From Methanobacteriota archaeon (GTDB taxonomy: Archaea > Thermoplasmatota > E2 > DHVEG-1): a stretch of 64,000 bases of DNA. The notes below the pieces were generated by a model. It was not told the origin of the DNA and did not search any database. It saw only the letters and a program-made list of their open reading frames with translations. Positions 29,527 through 39,951 of this stretch are shown here, piece by piece. Position numbers and translations under genes: made by a program. How positions within the stretch are numbered: the stretch's first letter is position 1; the number at the start of each line of letters is the position of its first letter. Where the stretch lies: contig CAVYNH010000006.1 in NCBI GenBank assembly GCA_963769885.1, forward strand, positions 1 through 64,000, given 5' to 3'.

Positions 29527-29645
29527 CCCTCTCCACTCTTTTTTTTCTTTTTTCCTTTTTTTTCGTTTCGTCGTCGTTGAGTATGCACCTGCCTATATGG
29601 GTTTAAATACGTGAGAATCCTTTGCTAGGCTGGGATGCATCAGGA

Positions 29646-31205
29646 ATGCTGCTTGAGATTGCGGTAGCCCTCGTCTTCGCCAAGATTTTCAGCATGGCGT
29701 TTGAGAAAATCAAACAGCCGGGCGTCATCGGGGAAATCATGGCCGGCATCTTACTAGGTCCCTGCTGCATCGGGCTCCTGACGGGCGCATCCATCACGTT
29801 GTTGAACACCAAACTGTTCCAGTTCACTCTGAACCTGACGACGCCTGAGTTTAAGGAGTTCGCGTTCATCGGCTCAGTTTTCCTCTTATTCCTGATCGGA
29901 CTTGAGACAAACCTCAACGATTTGAAACAGACGAAAAAAACTGGGCTTTGCGTCGGCGTCTTCGGCATCGTCATTCCCTTCCTCTTCGGCAATCTAGTCG
30001 GGATGCTCTTCCATCTGACCCTGATTCAGGGGATGGCGATCGGGACGATTTTCCTGGCGACCTCGACCACCATCGCGGTCCGAATCCTCTCTGATATGGA
30101 CCTGCTGGCGACGAAAGTCGGGTTAACGCTACGGACTGCCTTAGTCGTTAATGATGTTCTCGCCATGGTGTTTTTCGCGCTGGTCTTCGGCGCAGGAAGC
30201 TCAATTGTTCTGCTCCTACAAATCGTCCTCTTCTTCTCAGTCACAATTCTCGTCGGCTTTGTCGTCATCCGGTTCGCCTTGCGGAAGAATGCGAAGCGAC
30301 ACGCCCCCATCATCGTCCTCACCAGCGGGCTGGCGACTTGCTTCTTGTTTGCGACGTTCGCGGAGAATTTCGGGATGACCGCAATCATCGGGGCATTTAT
30401 CGCCGGCATATTCATCAGGAAAACCCCGGAGGCCAACGTCCTCATCGACTACAGCAAGACCATCGGCTACGCGTTCTTCATCCCCCTGTTCTTCGTCTGG
30501 ATAGGGGCGAACTTCAACTTCTTGTCCATTCTGCACTCCGACCAGCTGACATCCCTGCTCATCTTCTGCGCCGTCTTCATCGCCTTGGCGATGCTCGGCA
30601 ACTTCCTCGGCAGCTCCCTTGGCGCGCGGCTCTCCGGCATGAAACGCCGAGAGGCAATCAGCGTCGGCATCGGCATGATGCCGGTGATGGGCGTGGCGCT
30701 GATCATCGTCTCCGCCGGCATCGACCGCGGCATCTTCGGTGTTCCAACCAGCATCCTTGCGAACCAAATCAAGGTCGCGACTCTCTTCCTCATCTTCACC
30801 AGCTGCATCGTCTCCCCGGTGCTCCTCAAGCGCAGCATGGGCTCCGGGATGTTCAACAAGTCGAAGACGAAGCTCTCCTCGTACCATCACCCCCACTGCA
30901 CCGAGTGCGCCTCGCCTTTGCGCCTGGACACGGTGAGAGGGCAATGGTTCTGTGATGTCTGCGACCGGGTGGTATACCTTCCACGAAAGAAACCACGCCA
31001 CGAACCCTTCCGAGCCTACAACTCAAAATCGGTGCAGTACGTTGTCGGCGCAGCAACAATATTGATCTGCGGCCTGACCATCCCCGACCTTGGCGGTGGG
31101 ATAACAGTCAAACTTGCTGCCCTGATGGGCATCTTCCTGGGCGTGTTCGTCGCGTTCCTGGCCATCCGCCACCTCTTCACGGGACCGAAGAAACTCCAGG
31201 GATAA
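29646..31205 (+). CDS. Cation:proton antiporter (CPA2/NapA-like) with C-terminal Zn-ribbon and 2 extra TM segments
   Basis: QPGVIGEIMAGILLGP, LFLIGLE, VVNDV, GAFIAG, FFIPLFF; tail CTEC...CDVC. Confidence 0.88.
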   Translation: MLLEIAVALVFAKIFSMAFEKIKQPGVIGEIMAGILLGPCCIGLLTGASITLLNTKLFQFTLNLTTPEFKEFAFIGSVFLLFLIGLETNLNDLKQTKKTGLCVGVFGIVIPFLFGNLVGMLFHLTLIQGMAIGTIFLATSTTIAVRILSDMDLLATKVGLTLRTALVVNDVLAMVFFALVFGAGSSIVLLLQIVLFFSVTILVGFVVIRFALRKNAKRHAPIIVLTSGLATCFLFATFAENFGMTAIIGAFIAGIFIRKTPEANVLIDYSKTIGYAFFIPLFFVWIGANFNFLSILHSDQLTSLLIFCAVFIALAMLGNFLGSSLGARLSGMKRREAISVGIGMMPVMGVALIIVSAGIDRGIFGVPTSILANQIKVATLFLIFTSCIVSPVLLKRSMGSGMFNKSKTKLSSYHHPHCTECASPLRLDTVRGQWFCDVCDRVVYLPRKKPRHEPFRAYNSKSVQYVVGAATILICGLTIPDLGGGITVKLAALMGIFLGVFVAFLAIRHLFTGPKKLQG

Positions 31206-31232
31206 CAACCGCGCTTTTTTTTCTCTCAAGAA

Positions 31233-31742
31233 CTACACGAAGTCAGACATCGGTACAAGGAAGGATTCGTACTCCTGGACGACAAGTTTCTTCCCCTTTT
31301 TCATGACTGTGAACCCTTCGTGTTCAAGCAGCGCCTTCTGCTTCTGAGTCCCGCCCGGGTATTTCCCATTCAGCGAGCCGTCCGCCTTCAGCGTCCGCCA
31401 GTACGGGATCCCCAGTGGTTTCCCACGTCCCGCAGCCTCCTCCGCCGCATTCGCCGCAGTCATGATGAAGATGCCGGTAGTCAAGGAACAGCAGGCCTTC
31501 ACACCATGCCGCTGAGCCAGCGCCTTGCAGATCTCCATGATCGTGATGACCCGGCCGCGGGGCACCTTCTTCATCAGCTCGACCACCTCGCTTGGATTCA
31601 CCAAGACGACCGAGTCCCCCGCCTCAGCGCCCATCTTATGGACCGCGTTGTAGCACGGGAACTTCTCCTGCAGCGTCACCACCTTCGGCAGCGACTCCTT
31701 GTCCGTCAGCTTCTCCTGCCACGTCTTCCTCCGATACGCCAT
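31233..31742 (-). CDS. MGMT/alkyltransferase-like DNA-binding protein
   Basis: KVPRGRVIT...IPYWRTLKADGSLN.KYPGG...Q..LLE.EG; no PCHR cysteine. Confidence 0.75.
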   Translation of the reverse strand: MAYRRKTWQEKLTDKESLPKVVTLQEKFPCYNAVHKMGAEAGDSVVLVNPSEVVELMKKVPRGRVITIMEICKALAQRHGVKACCSLTTGIFIMTAANAAEEAAGRGKPLGIPYWRTLKADGSLNGKYPGGTQKQKALLEHEGFTVMKKGKKLVVQEYESFLVPMSDFV

Positions 31743-31746
31743 CGCA

Positions 31747-32163
31747 TCACCACTCCTTTCCCCGCCGGGAATAGATATACACAACCATGACATTGAGCAC
31801 CAGCATCGAACCGACGATGGCCACCGGCAGCAGCCGAAACAACCCCGTGGCGACAACACCCGTCGAAAGATTGTACACATAATACGCCAACGCCGGATAG
31901 ATCGGCAGCGCCGAGACCACGAACCGCGCCGTGAACACCCGCATGGCCCGCCGTTTCCGACGGTACACCACGTAATACACCACCGACAGCAGGATCATCC
32001 CCGACCACAGAATCGTCACGCTCACCAACGGCCGATCGAACACCGTCAACGTCACATACCACACCGCCAACAAACCAAACGTGACCACGACGGACGCGGT
32101 ATCCTCCGGCTGCACATCCATCCGATGGATCAACCCCCGGACGCCTTCAAGAACGCTAGTCAT
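31747..32163 (-). CDS. Small membrane protein
   Basis: Four hydrophobic segments; co-oriented with the downstream gene. Confidence 0.65.
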   Translation of the reverse strand: MTSVLEGVRGLIHRMDVQPEDTASVVVTFGLLAVWYVTLTVFDRPLVSVTILWSGMILLSVVYYVVYRRKRRAMRVFTARFVVSALPIYPALAYYVYNLSTGVVATGLFRLLPVAIVGSMLVLNVMVVYIYSRRGKEW

Positions 32164-32310
32164 GTCTGCCTCCCGAATCCCCACGACGCTTCTTATAGTC
32201 TCCCGAAAACCGAGAAGGATGAAGCCGTTTAATAATACCTATCCCATAAGCACCAGCGACGGAACCACAACCCTTCAAACCAGATCCCCTCCGCCAACAG
32301 GCATGAAACC

Positions 32311-33207
32311 ATGGACGCCACCGACATAAGCCTCATCATGCTCCTCTCCGCCAACTCTCGGCTCCCCTACGCCGACCTCGCCGAACACCTCAACCTCTCC
32401 GTCAACGCCGTCCACAAGCGCATCCAACAGCTCATCGACCTCGGCATCATCCGCGCCTTCACCGCCAAGGTCAGCCTCAACGCCGCCCACGCCGTCGTTG
32501 TCTTCATCTCCGGCACCTCACACCTCCCCAGCTTCAAAGACCTCCCCGACCGACTCAAAGCCCAAGGCTCCATCTACTGGCTCGCCATCGGCGGCGGCAA
32601 ATACCTCTACATCGGCGCTTACCTCAAAGACCTCACAAACCTCCCCGCCTTCACCGCCTACATCCAACAAGAAACCCAGATCCCCGAGCCGACCATCGGC
32701 CTCATGGCCTTCCCCGCACACCCACCAGGCGCCGCCACTCCCATGCCCTCAGACCTCGACCTCCGTATCATCAACTCCCTCAAAGACAACGCCCGCAAAC
32801 CCCTCTCCGACGTCGCCGCCGAACTCAACGTCTCCACCAAAACCATCCGCCGCCGCCTCACCCATATGACCACCCATACCCAAATCGAACTCAGCATCGA
32901 ATGGTACCCGGACAAGACCAACGACATCATGACCCTCATCGACCTCCACCTCACCCCCGGCACCTCCCCCGCCATCGCCAACACTCTCGTCAAAAAATAC
33001 GCGCCCGCCATCCTCTTCTACTGGGCCTTCGCCAACCTCCCCACCACCATCACCCTCGCCGCCTGGACCAACACCATGAATGACCTCCAAACTCTCAGAG
33101 CCAACCTCGAAAAAGAACCAGGCATCGCCTCCGTCGTCCCCAACATCCTCTTCACCGGCTACATCTTCCCCACCTGGAGGGACCACCTCAGCCTTCCCCA
33201 TCCATGA
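32311..33207 (+). CDS. Tandem-domain Lrp/AsnC regulator
   Basis: Two HTH-AsnC units (MDATDISLI..NSR; DLDLRIINSLKDNARKP). Confidence 0.88.
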   Translation: MDATDISLIMLLSANSRLPYADLAEHLNLSVNAVHKRIQQLIDLGIIRAFTAKVSLNAAHAVVVFISGTSHLPSFKDLPDRLKAQGSIYWLAIGGGKYLYIGAYLKDLTNLPAFTAYIQQETQIPEPTIGLMAFPAHPPGAATPMPSDLDLRIINSLKDNARKPLSDVAAELNVSTKTIRRRLTHMTTHTQIELSIEWYPDKTNDIMTLIDLHLTPGTSPAIANTLVKKYAPAILFYWAFANLPTTITLAAWTNTMNDLQTLRANLEKEPGIASVVPNILFTGYIFPTWRDHLSLPHP

Positions 33208-33334
33208 CCCGTTCATCACCTGCCCGTGTGAAAAACAAGACATCAGCAGCCTGAGGTCTGACCGTTCTTGCCACCACCCGGCTCACAAGAGCCTAAGACC
33301 CCCAGCGCAATAACCTATCCTCCAGTGATAGAAC

Positions 33335-34081
33335 ATGACTGAACCCACCCTCACCATCGACCACTTAAGCAAAACCTTCCACGACGTCACAGCCGTCGAC
33401 AACCTCAGTCTGCGCGTGGAGGCCGGCGAACTCTTCGGCCTCCTCGGTCCCAACGGCGCTGGCAAGACCACTACCATCCACATCCTCTGCGGGCTGCTTA
33501 AACCCACCGCCGGCACCGCCCGCGTCTGCGGTTTCGACATCCACACCCAGGCCCAGGAGATCAAGGACCGGATCGGCGTCTGCATCCAGGAGACCGCCGT
33601 CTACCCCTACCTCACCGGCACCGAGAACATCGACCTCTTCGGCAACCTCTACACGATGGACAAGAAAACCCTCCTCGTGCGACGTACGATGCTGCTGACA
33701 AAGATGGGGCTACTGGACGATGCGAACCGCAAGGCCGGCAAGTACAGCGGCGGGATGAAACGACGCCTCAGCGTCATCCTCGCCCTGATTCATGACCCCT
33801 CTGTCGCCTTTCTCGACGAGCCGACCGTCGCCATGGACCCCCAGTCGCGGCACGCCCTCTGGGACCTCATCAGAGAACTCAAGGGCAGCGGGAAGACCAT
33901 CGTCCTAACCACGCACTCCATGGAAGAGGCAGAGGCACTCTGCGACCGCGTCGGCATCATCGACCACGGCCGCCTCATCGCCCTAGGCTCACCCCGTCAA
34001 ATAATCGCAAGTCACCATGCAAAGAACCTTGAAGAGGTCTTCATCCAACTCACAGGCAGAACCATCAGGGAGGAGGCATAG
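33335..34081 (+). CDS. ABC-2 exporter ATP-binding subunit
   Basis: GPNGAGKT, YSGGM, FLDEPT, TTH. Confidence 0.95.
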   Translation: MTEPTLTIDHLSKTFHDVTAVDNLSLRVEAGELFGLLGPNGAGKTTTIHILCGLLKPTAGTARVCGFDIHTQAQEIKDRIGVCIQETAVYPYLTGTENIDLFGNLYTMDKKTLLVRRTMLLTKMGLLDDANRKAGKYSGGMKRRLSVILALIHDPSVAFLDEPTVAMDPQSRHALWDLIRELKGSGKTIVLTTHSMEEAEALCDRVGIIDHGRLIALGSPRQIIASHHAKNLEEVFIQLTGRTIREEA

Positions 34082-34084
34082 ATC

Positions 34085-35234
34085 ATGAAGGCACAACGTA
34101 TCATCGCATTGACCAAGAAAGAGATGAAGAAGACGGTCCGGGAGCCTGCCGTACTCTTCATGATTTTCCTGTTCCCGGTCGTGTTCGTCTTCGCCTTCGG
34201 CGCCTCGTTCGGCGGCGGTGGAAGCACCCACCCCGTCTACAGCATCGGCGTCGTCAACCTCGACCGGGGTACTACTGGTTCCCAGATTCTCCTCGGCGCG
34301 ATGTCCAACACCACGATCCTCGATCTCCATCGGTATCTAGATAACAAGACTGCGAAGACCGAGCTTTCTCAGGGGCATCTGCAGGCTGTAATTGTTATCC
34401 CCCCAGAGTTCAGCCAGAGTCTCGCCTCGTACCTGGGCCGCGCCCGATACTCCGTCGGCGTGGACGAACGCGAGCATCACCCTTTACTTGGACAAGGGCT
34501 CTCTGGTTGCGACGCAGGCAATTCCGCCAATCATCCAACAAATCCTCACAAGGATGACGCATGACTATGAGGTGATCGCCAGCCCGTTCCAGTTGACCAC
34601 TGCGTCTCTTGTTGAGGTGAAGACGTCTTCGGCCCTTGACTTTCTCGCGCCGGGGATGTTCACCTTCGCTTCCATCTTCCTAATCATGATGGTCGCCCAG
34701 TCGTTTGCGCAGGACCGGGAGAACGGGATGATGCGCAGGATCAGGACCACGCCGACGACGCCCGCGGAGTTCATGGCCGGCCAGGTCATCTCTTACCTGG
34801 GGATTGCGTTGATTCAGGCAATCCTGGTGTTCCTCATGGTCTACCTCATGGGCTTCCGACCGGCTGTGGGCATCGTGGTGTACGCCTTCGCGTTCTTGGT
34901 CATCGTAATCTTTGCGCTGTCGAACATCGGGTTCGGGTTAATCACAGCGACGATCTCGCGGTCGTCTTCTGCGGCGACGGGGCTGTCCTTCTTGTTCGTG
35001 CTGCCGCAGCTATTCCTCGGGACCTTCGTCGGGGCGTCGCTGTCGGGCGCGGCGCAGACCGCGGGGCGGTTCGTACCAAGTTTCTATGTGACGGATGCGT
35101 TGACGTCGCTGTTCCTGCGTGGGGCGGGGATCTTGAGCGCCTCAATCTTGCTGGATGTGGCGGTGGTGTCGGTCTCATGCGTTGCCATCCTGATCGTTGG
35201 GATCGCGCTGTATGCGAAATACTACCGGATCTAA
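34085..35234 (+). CDS. ABC-2 permease; 1-nt frameshift at the GGG run 34435-34437
   Basis: ORFs 34085-34564 and 34392-35234 join as SLASYL|AAPDTP; DFLAPG, DRENG. Confidence 0.85.
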
Positions 35235-35254
35235 ACGTGAAGTGTGGTGTTCGC

Positions 35255-35611
35255 ATGACTGATCTTGGTCGAATCGTCAAGGCGCTTCATGAGCGGATGA
35301 ATGCATCGGATGAGAAGGAGGTCTACCGGCAGCTGGAGAAGACATCCTGGTATCGGACCGGACTCGGGGTACGACTGGTAGGGAAGAAACCACCTGCCTT
35401 GTTCCTGGAGGTGACACTCCGACTTTCTTCGTCGGACGGGGCTGTGGATGTGGCGCGCCTGGAGAAAATAACGGCGGTTCTCCGCGGTCTTCAGGCGCGG
35501 TCGTATCTGCTGATGTATCATGACGGGGGAACGGTTGACTGCGAGAAGGCGGTGGAGGAAGAGAAGCTGCCCGAAGATTACGGGGCGCTCCGTGTGCTTC
35601 TAAGGGAGTAA
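35255..35611 (+). CDS. Hypothetical protein
   Basis: Follows the permease in the same operon and precedes a T-rich terminator-like tract. Confidence 0.6.
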   Translation: MTDLGRIVKALHERMNASDEKEVYRQLEKTSWYRTGLGVRLVGKKPPALFLEVTLRLSSSDGAVDVARLEKITAVLRGLQARSYLLMYHDGGTVDCEKAVEEEKLPEDYGALRVLLRE

Positions 35612-35711
35612 CCCGCCTCTTTTTTCCTCTACTTTTTATGTCTTTTAAGGTGATTCCGCTGGGTCGGCACCCCCTACAGGCCGATCCACGGCGTGTCGGA
35701 CTCCTGAGAAT

Positions 35712-36020
35712 TTATCGTTTGACTTTTAGCTCGAAGACGACGGGGCGGATGCCATCGGTGCAGCAGGCGACCATCGTGTCCCGGTCCTTCATCCAACCGT
35801 CGAAGAGGCCCGAGGTGAACTCGCCGCCGGTGAGGAACGCGGCGACGTACGGGCCGAGGTCCTTCCACGCCCAGTCGCAGAACCCCTCCGGCTTCTCGTA
35901 CTCGGTGACGAACACCTGCCCCTCCGTGAACGCCGGGCACTTCTCCAGCGGGACGCCGACGTAATGCTGGAACTCCTTCTCAAGCAGCCGCTTTAATACC
36001 GTGATCTGAATCTTCACCAT
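35712..36020 (-). CDS. TIGR04076-family protein
   Basis: CPAF.EGQ.F....KPEGFCDWAW...CCTDGIRPVVF. Confidence 0.85.
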   Translation of the reverse strand: MVKIQITVLKRLLEKEFQHYVGVPLEKCPAFTEGQVFVTEYEKPEGFCDWAWKDLGPYVAAFLTGGEFTSGLFDGWMKDRDTMVACCTDGIRPVVFELKVKR

Positions 36021-36141
36021 AGGAAATCACCTACGGGGAGGCGTAGACGTTTCCTGCTTAAGAGGATTCCTTCATGCTCCCGTGAGAACCTTTTTCAAGA
36101 CGGCACCACATACCCACCCCATCCGGGAGAGGAGCCACCCC

Positions 36142-37569
36142 TTGAGACAGACCATCGCCTTCGTCGAACCACCGCACGAAAGTTGGTTCGTCATGGGCGA
36201 ATACCTCGCACCGCCCTCCACCCTCCTCATCCTCGCCGCCTACGTCGAACGCGAACTCCCCGATATCGACCTCCACATCATCGACTGCCAGGCAGAAGCC
36301 CTCGACTGGACCGGCCTCGACCGCCGCCTCCGCAGCCTCGACCCCACCGTAGTCCTCGCCTCCGGCTTCACTACCAACGCCTACGCCTGCGCCAAGGTCA
36401 TCGAGACCGCGAAAATGGTGAACCCGGACGTCACCACCATCGCCGGCGGCATCCACTTCTCCTTCACCCCAGACGAGTCACTCACCGCCTACCCTGAGAT
36501 CGACTACATCGTCCGCGGCGAAGGCGAACAGACCCTTACCCACCTCCTCACCGCCCTCGCACACCAGGAAAAACCACACACCGTCCAAGGCATCTCCTAC
36601 CGCCACAACGGCACCGTCGTCCACACCCCACCCCGGCTCCTCATCGAGAACCTCGACTCCCTCCCCTATCCTGCGTACCATCTCCTGGAAAAAACCCTGC
36701 GCCGCTACCACTTCACGATGATGGCAGGCCGCCGCACCCCCTACATGATCCTGGAGAGCGCCCGCGGCTGCGACCACCGCTGCACCTTCTGCACCCAATG
36801 GAACCACTGGGGCGCCCGATGGCGCACCAAATCCCCACAACGCATCGCGGACGAACTCGAGTTCCTCAACGAGACCTACGGCGGCGTCTTCTTCATGTTC
36901 AGCGACAACCACATGAACCTGCGGCAGCGCGGAGCCCCGCTCGCTGAAGCCATCCACCACAAAAGCTGCAGAGACGACATCATGCTCTTCTTCCAGGCAC
37001 GCGTCGACGACATCGCCGCCCACCCCGACACCCTCCAGCGGCTCCGCGACGTCGGCACCTTCTGGATCCTCACCGGCGTCGAAACCAACCAACAAGAGAC
37101 ACTCGCCCAGTACCGCAAAGGCATCACCCCGACCAACGCCTACGACGCCATGAAAGTGATGCGACAAAACGACATCTTCTCCCACGCCATGTTCGTCATC
37201 GGCTCCCGCACCGACACCCACCAGACCATCGAAGGCCTCCGACAATACTCCCACGATGTCGAGCCTGACTTTCTCATCTACACCGTCCTGACCCCCTTCC
37301 CCGGCACCGTCTATTATACCACCGCCAAAGCCAACGGATGGATCCACGACACCAACTACACCCACTACGACATGGTCCACGCCATCATGCCCACCGAGAC
37401 CCTCACCCGCCAAGAAGTCCAAGAAGAACTCTGGCGCTGCTACCAATCCGCCTACGGCTCCCTGACCAAAAACATTGTAGCATCGCTCTCAAAGAACAAG
37501 CTCAAACGCACCCTTTACCGCCACATGGCAGGTCAGTTCGTCCTCGAAAAACTCAGGAGGCTCATCTAA
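36142..37569 (+). CDS. Cobalamin-binding radical SAM protein
   Basis: GGIH, VRGEGE, RGCDHRCTFC, GVE, TPFPGT; TTG start after GAGGAG. Confidence 0.9.
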   Translation: MRQTIAFVEPPHESWFVMGEYLAPPSTLLILAAYVERELPDIDLHIIDCQAEALDWTGLDRRLRSLDPTVVLASGFTTNAYACAKVIETAKMVNPDVTTIAGGIHFSFTPDESLTAYPEIDYIVRGEGEQTLTHLLTALAHQEKPHTVQGISYRHNGTVVHTPPRLLIENLDSLPYPAYHLLEKTLRRYHFTMMAGRRTPYMILESARGCDHRCTFCTQWNHWGARWRTKSPQRIADELEFLNETYGGVFFMFSDNHMNLRQRGAPLAEAIHHKSCRDDIMLFFQARVDDIAAHPDTLQRLRDVGTFWILTGVETNQQETLAQYRKGITPTNAYDAMKVMRQNDIFSHAMFVIGSRTDTHQTIEGLRQYSHDVEPDFLIYTVLTPFPGTVYYTTAKANGWIHDTNYTHYDMVHAIMPTETLTRQEVQEELWRCYQSAYGSLTKNIVASLSKNKLKRTLYRHMAGQFVLEKLRRLI

Positions 37570-38237
37570 CGCCGAGCAAGATCGCCCTCGAATACCTCGC
37601 CTTTTCCCTCCTCGCCGCTGTCCTCCTCCTCACCCTCGTCCTCTTCTCCCCAGCCTCAGCGCCCTCGCCGACCACCCTCCTCACCATTGGCGTCGCCTTC
37701 ATTGCCTGCTGTCTCCTCGGCATCTCACGAACCCTCAAACCAAACCTCCTCCGCAAACGACCTATACAACAACCCGACACCCGTCACACCCGCGCCTTCC
37801 AGGGGCACCATCCAGACTGCCCCACCTTCAGTACACATACCTACCGCTATCGCGGTAAGACCCGGTGCACCGGCTGCCTGGGCGTCACCCTCGGCCTCCT
37901 CGCCGCCCTCAGCCTCATGACCATCAGCATACTCCTCCCTCTCCACTTCTCCCCGAGCCTCCCGTGGTTCAGTCTCGGCCTCCTCATGATCCTCATCCCC
38001 TATCTCGAGATTCTCCGCGGCCACCGCCGCAACCTCCACATCCTAGCTAACAGCCTGCTCGCCCCGGGCTTCGCCCTCATCGTCCTCACAATCACCCAGC
38101 ACACCGACAGCCTCGTCTTCGGCCTCTTCGCCCTCCTCCTCTGCTTCCTATGGATGGAGACCAGAATCCAGCTCTCACACTGGCGGCATGTCCAACTGTG
38201 TGCCGCCTGCAGCGAACCCTGCAAAAACTACCAATGA
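37569..38237 (+). CDS. Membrane protein with His/Cys metal-binding motifs
   Basis: GHHPDC...H...CTGC and C-terminal C..C...C. Probable ACG start overlapping the upstream TAA. Confidence 0.7.
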   Translation, partial: TPSKIALEYLAFSLLAAVLLLTLVLFSPASAPSPTTLLTIGVAFIACCLLGISRTLKPNLLRKRPIQQPDTRHTRAFQGHHPDCPTFSTHTYRYRGKTRCTGCLGVTLGLLAALSLMTISILLPLHFSPSLPWFSLGLLMILIPYLEILRGHRRNLHILANSLLAPGFALIVLTITQHTDSLVFGLFALLLCFLWMETRIQLSHWRHVQLCAACSEPCKNYQ

Positions 38238-38247
38238 CCCAAACGTC

Positions 38248-38598
38248 CTAGCGCTTCATGAGGATGCGAACACCGAGCAAGATAACCAATAGTGCCACGA
38301 TGCCGCCGAAAACCCAGCCCCACTCAAAGGAATTCACCCACGAGAGACCAGAATAGGTCTTCGCCCATTCCTTCAGCACGACCTCGAAAAAGATCGCCAG
38401 GCCGACTAAAATAATGATGACGCCCCAGAAGACCCGCCAGGCGTGATGCCCCGGCCCACCGCCGCAATCTTCCTCGCAGCGCTCATCACGATGCCGCCGA
38501 TAGTCCTCAGGGGTCATGCCCTTCATGGGGGCTCCACAGCTCTTACAAAACTGAGCATCATCTTCATTCTTTATTCCACAACGTGGGCAATATGCCAT
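38248..38598 (-). CDS. Zinc-ribbon membrane protein
   Basis: YCPRCG..N..DAQFCKSCG plus two TM segments. Confidence 0.85.
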   Translation of the reverse strand: MAYCPRCGIKNEDDAQFCKSCGAPMKGMTPEDYRRHRDERCEEDCGGGPGHHAWRVFWGVIIILVGLAIFFEVVLKEWAKTYSGLSWVNSFEWGWVFGGIVALLVILLGVRILMKR

Positions 38599-38762
38599 TC
38601 CTTGAACCTCCAACGCATTGGATAGAATATCCTCGGACTTGGAACAATCCACTCCCTTTTATCATTTTCCGAAAGGCTTTTCTCCATACTCCAGAGTGGG
38701 AAGGAAAATTTAATAGCATACCCAGCATTAATCGCCTCAAGAAAAAAAAGAGGATGGAAGAG

Positions 38763-39056
38763 ATGCGCAAGAACCACGTGATAGTACTCATATTCATAGG
38801 AATCGTTGCCGTTACCGCCTCCTACAGTGGCTGCCTGAAGAAATCGCCAGGGCCCACGGCTGAAGTATCCACAGGGACCTGCGCCCAGCTCGGCGGCTAT
38901 ATCTGCAACGAGACGCAAGACTGTAACGGCACCTGGTTGGACGCCAACGACACGTTCCGTTGTTGCAGCTGTGAATGCGGCCAGCTCACCTACGAAAGCC
39001 TTGTTCCTGACACGTTTGACGAACCTACCGATGACGCCCTGGAGGACATCACATGA
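38763..39056 (+). CDS. Small Cys-rich lipoprotein
   Basis: Signal with SGC; CAQLGGYIC...C...CCSCEC. Confidence 0.65.
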   Translation: MRKNHVIVLIFIGIVAVTASYSGCLKKSPGPTAEVSTGTCAQLGGYICNETQDCNGTWLDANDTFRCCSCECGQLTYESLVPDTFDEPTDDALEDIT

Positions 39057-39347
39057 GCAGAACACCGTTCCTCGTTCTGCTCCTGGCCGCGGTGCTCGTC
39101 GCCCCCTGCTTTGGCGCCACGGAGTACCCCATCCTAGACAAGCAGGTGGAGATCCGCCATGCACACCTCGCCTGGATCGGGGCCGTCCAGGAAGTCCGGA
39201 TGCAGGCCGCTATCTCTTACATCGACACAATCAGCGCCGGCCAGGGGACCCAGACCCTCATCACGCTTTCGAACACGTTCAAGGAGCAGGTCGATAATCT
39301 GCAGTCCCTGACCACGCATGCGGCGTTGGATGCGGCGCTCGTTCAGA

Positions 39348-39951
39348 GTGACATCCTCCCCGGCATAAATGCCGGGGCTTCCGGGGGTTAGGCTGTCCCC
39401 GGAAACCCGTCAAGGGTGGCTTGTTGGAATCGATGGTTTCTGACGTAGTTGATCACGGTTTCTGTATTGGCGTCGCCAATGGTGCGGAAGAATTTCCCGG
39501 GGCTCCAGAAGGCTCCCCGGGGGTACCGCATTCGGAAGGCGGGAATCCGTAGGAAGATCTCATGGGAGGAGGCTCCTTTGAGGAGGTGGAGGGCGGAGGA
39601 GACGCTCATGGTCGCCGGGAGGCCGGCAACCAGGTGGATGTGGTCCGGCATCACACTGAGTTCGATGACGGTGATGTGATGCCGTGCTGCTACATCACGC
39701 ACCACATTCTCGATTAGTTTTTGGATTTCCTCCCGTCGCATCATGTGGTAGCGGTATTTCGGGCACCATTCCAAATGGTATATATTCTGGCCTACGCTAT
39801 GGCTACTGCTAATAAGTTCCATACAAGATGTCCTGGGCAGGTGCTTCAGAGCGCCCGCGACTGCGGGCGCGTCCACCCAGTACGTGGTAACGAATTTTTG
39901 AAGAAAAATGACGCGATTCATCCCCACGCTAAAGCATGGGGATTTCTCGCT
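39348..39951 (-). mobile_element. IS200/IS605-family insertion sequence (tnpA only)
   Basis: Subterminal hairpins CCCCGGCATAAATGCCGGGG and CCCCACGCTAAAGCATGGGG. Right end reads ...GAGGATGTCAC on the minus strand. No target duplication. Confidence 0.88.
39388..39822 (-). CDS. tnpA: IS200-family Y1 HUH transposase
   Basis: YHLEWCPKYR, HUH motif DHIH, LKGASS, FWSPG, catalytic Tyr in NYVRNH. Confidence 0.93.
   Translation of the reverse strand: MELISSSHSVGQNIYHLEWCPKYRYHMMRREEIQKLIENVVRDVAARHHITVIELSVMPDHIHLVAGLPATMSVSSALHLLKGASSHEIFLRIPAFRMRYPRGAFWSPGKFFRTIGDANTETVINYVRNHRFQQATLDGFPGTA

Noticed and set aside
39388-39822. IS200 TnpA as the recombinase that mobilises the cassette array
   Set aside because: It lies 14 kb beyond the array, has its own hairpin ends and is a recent insertion into an unrelated gene. 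Y1 transposases do not create target duplications.
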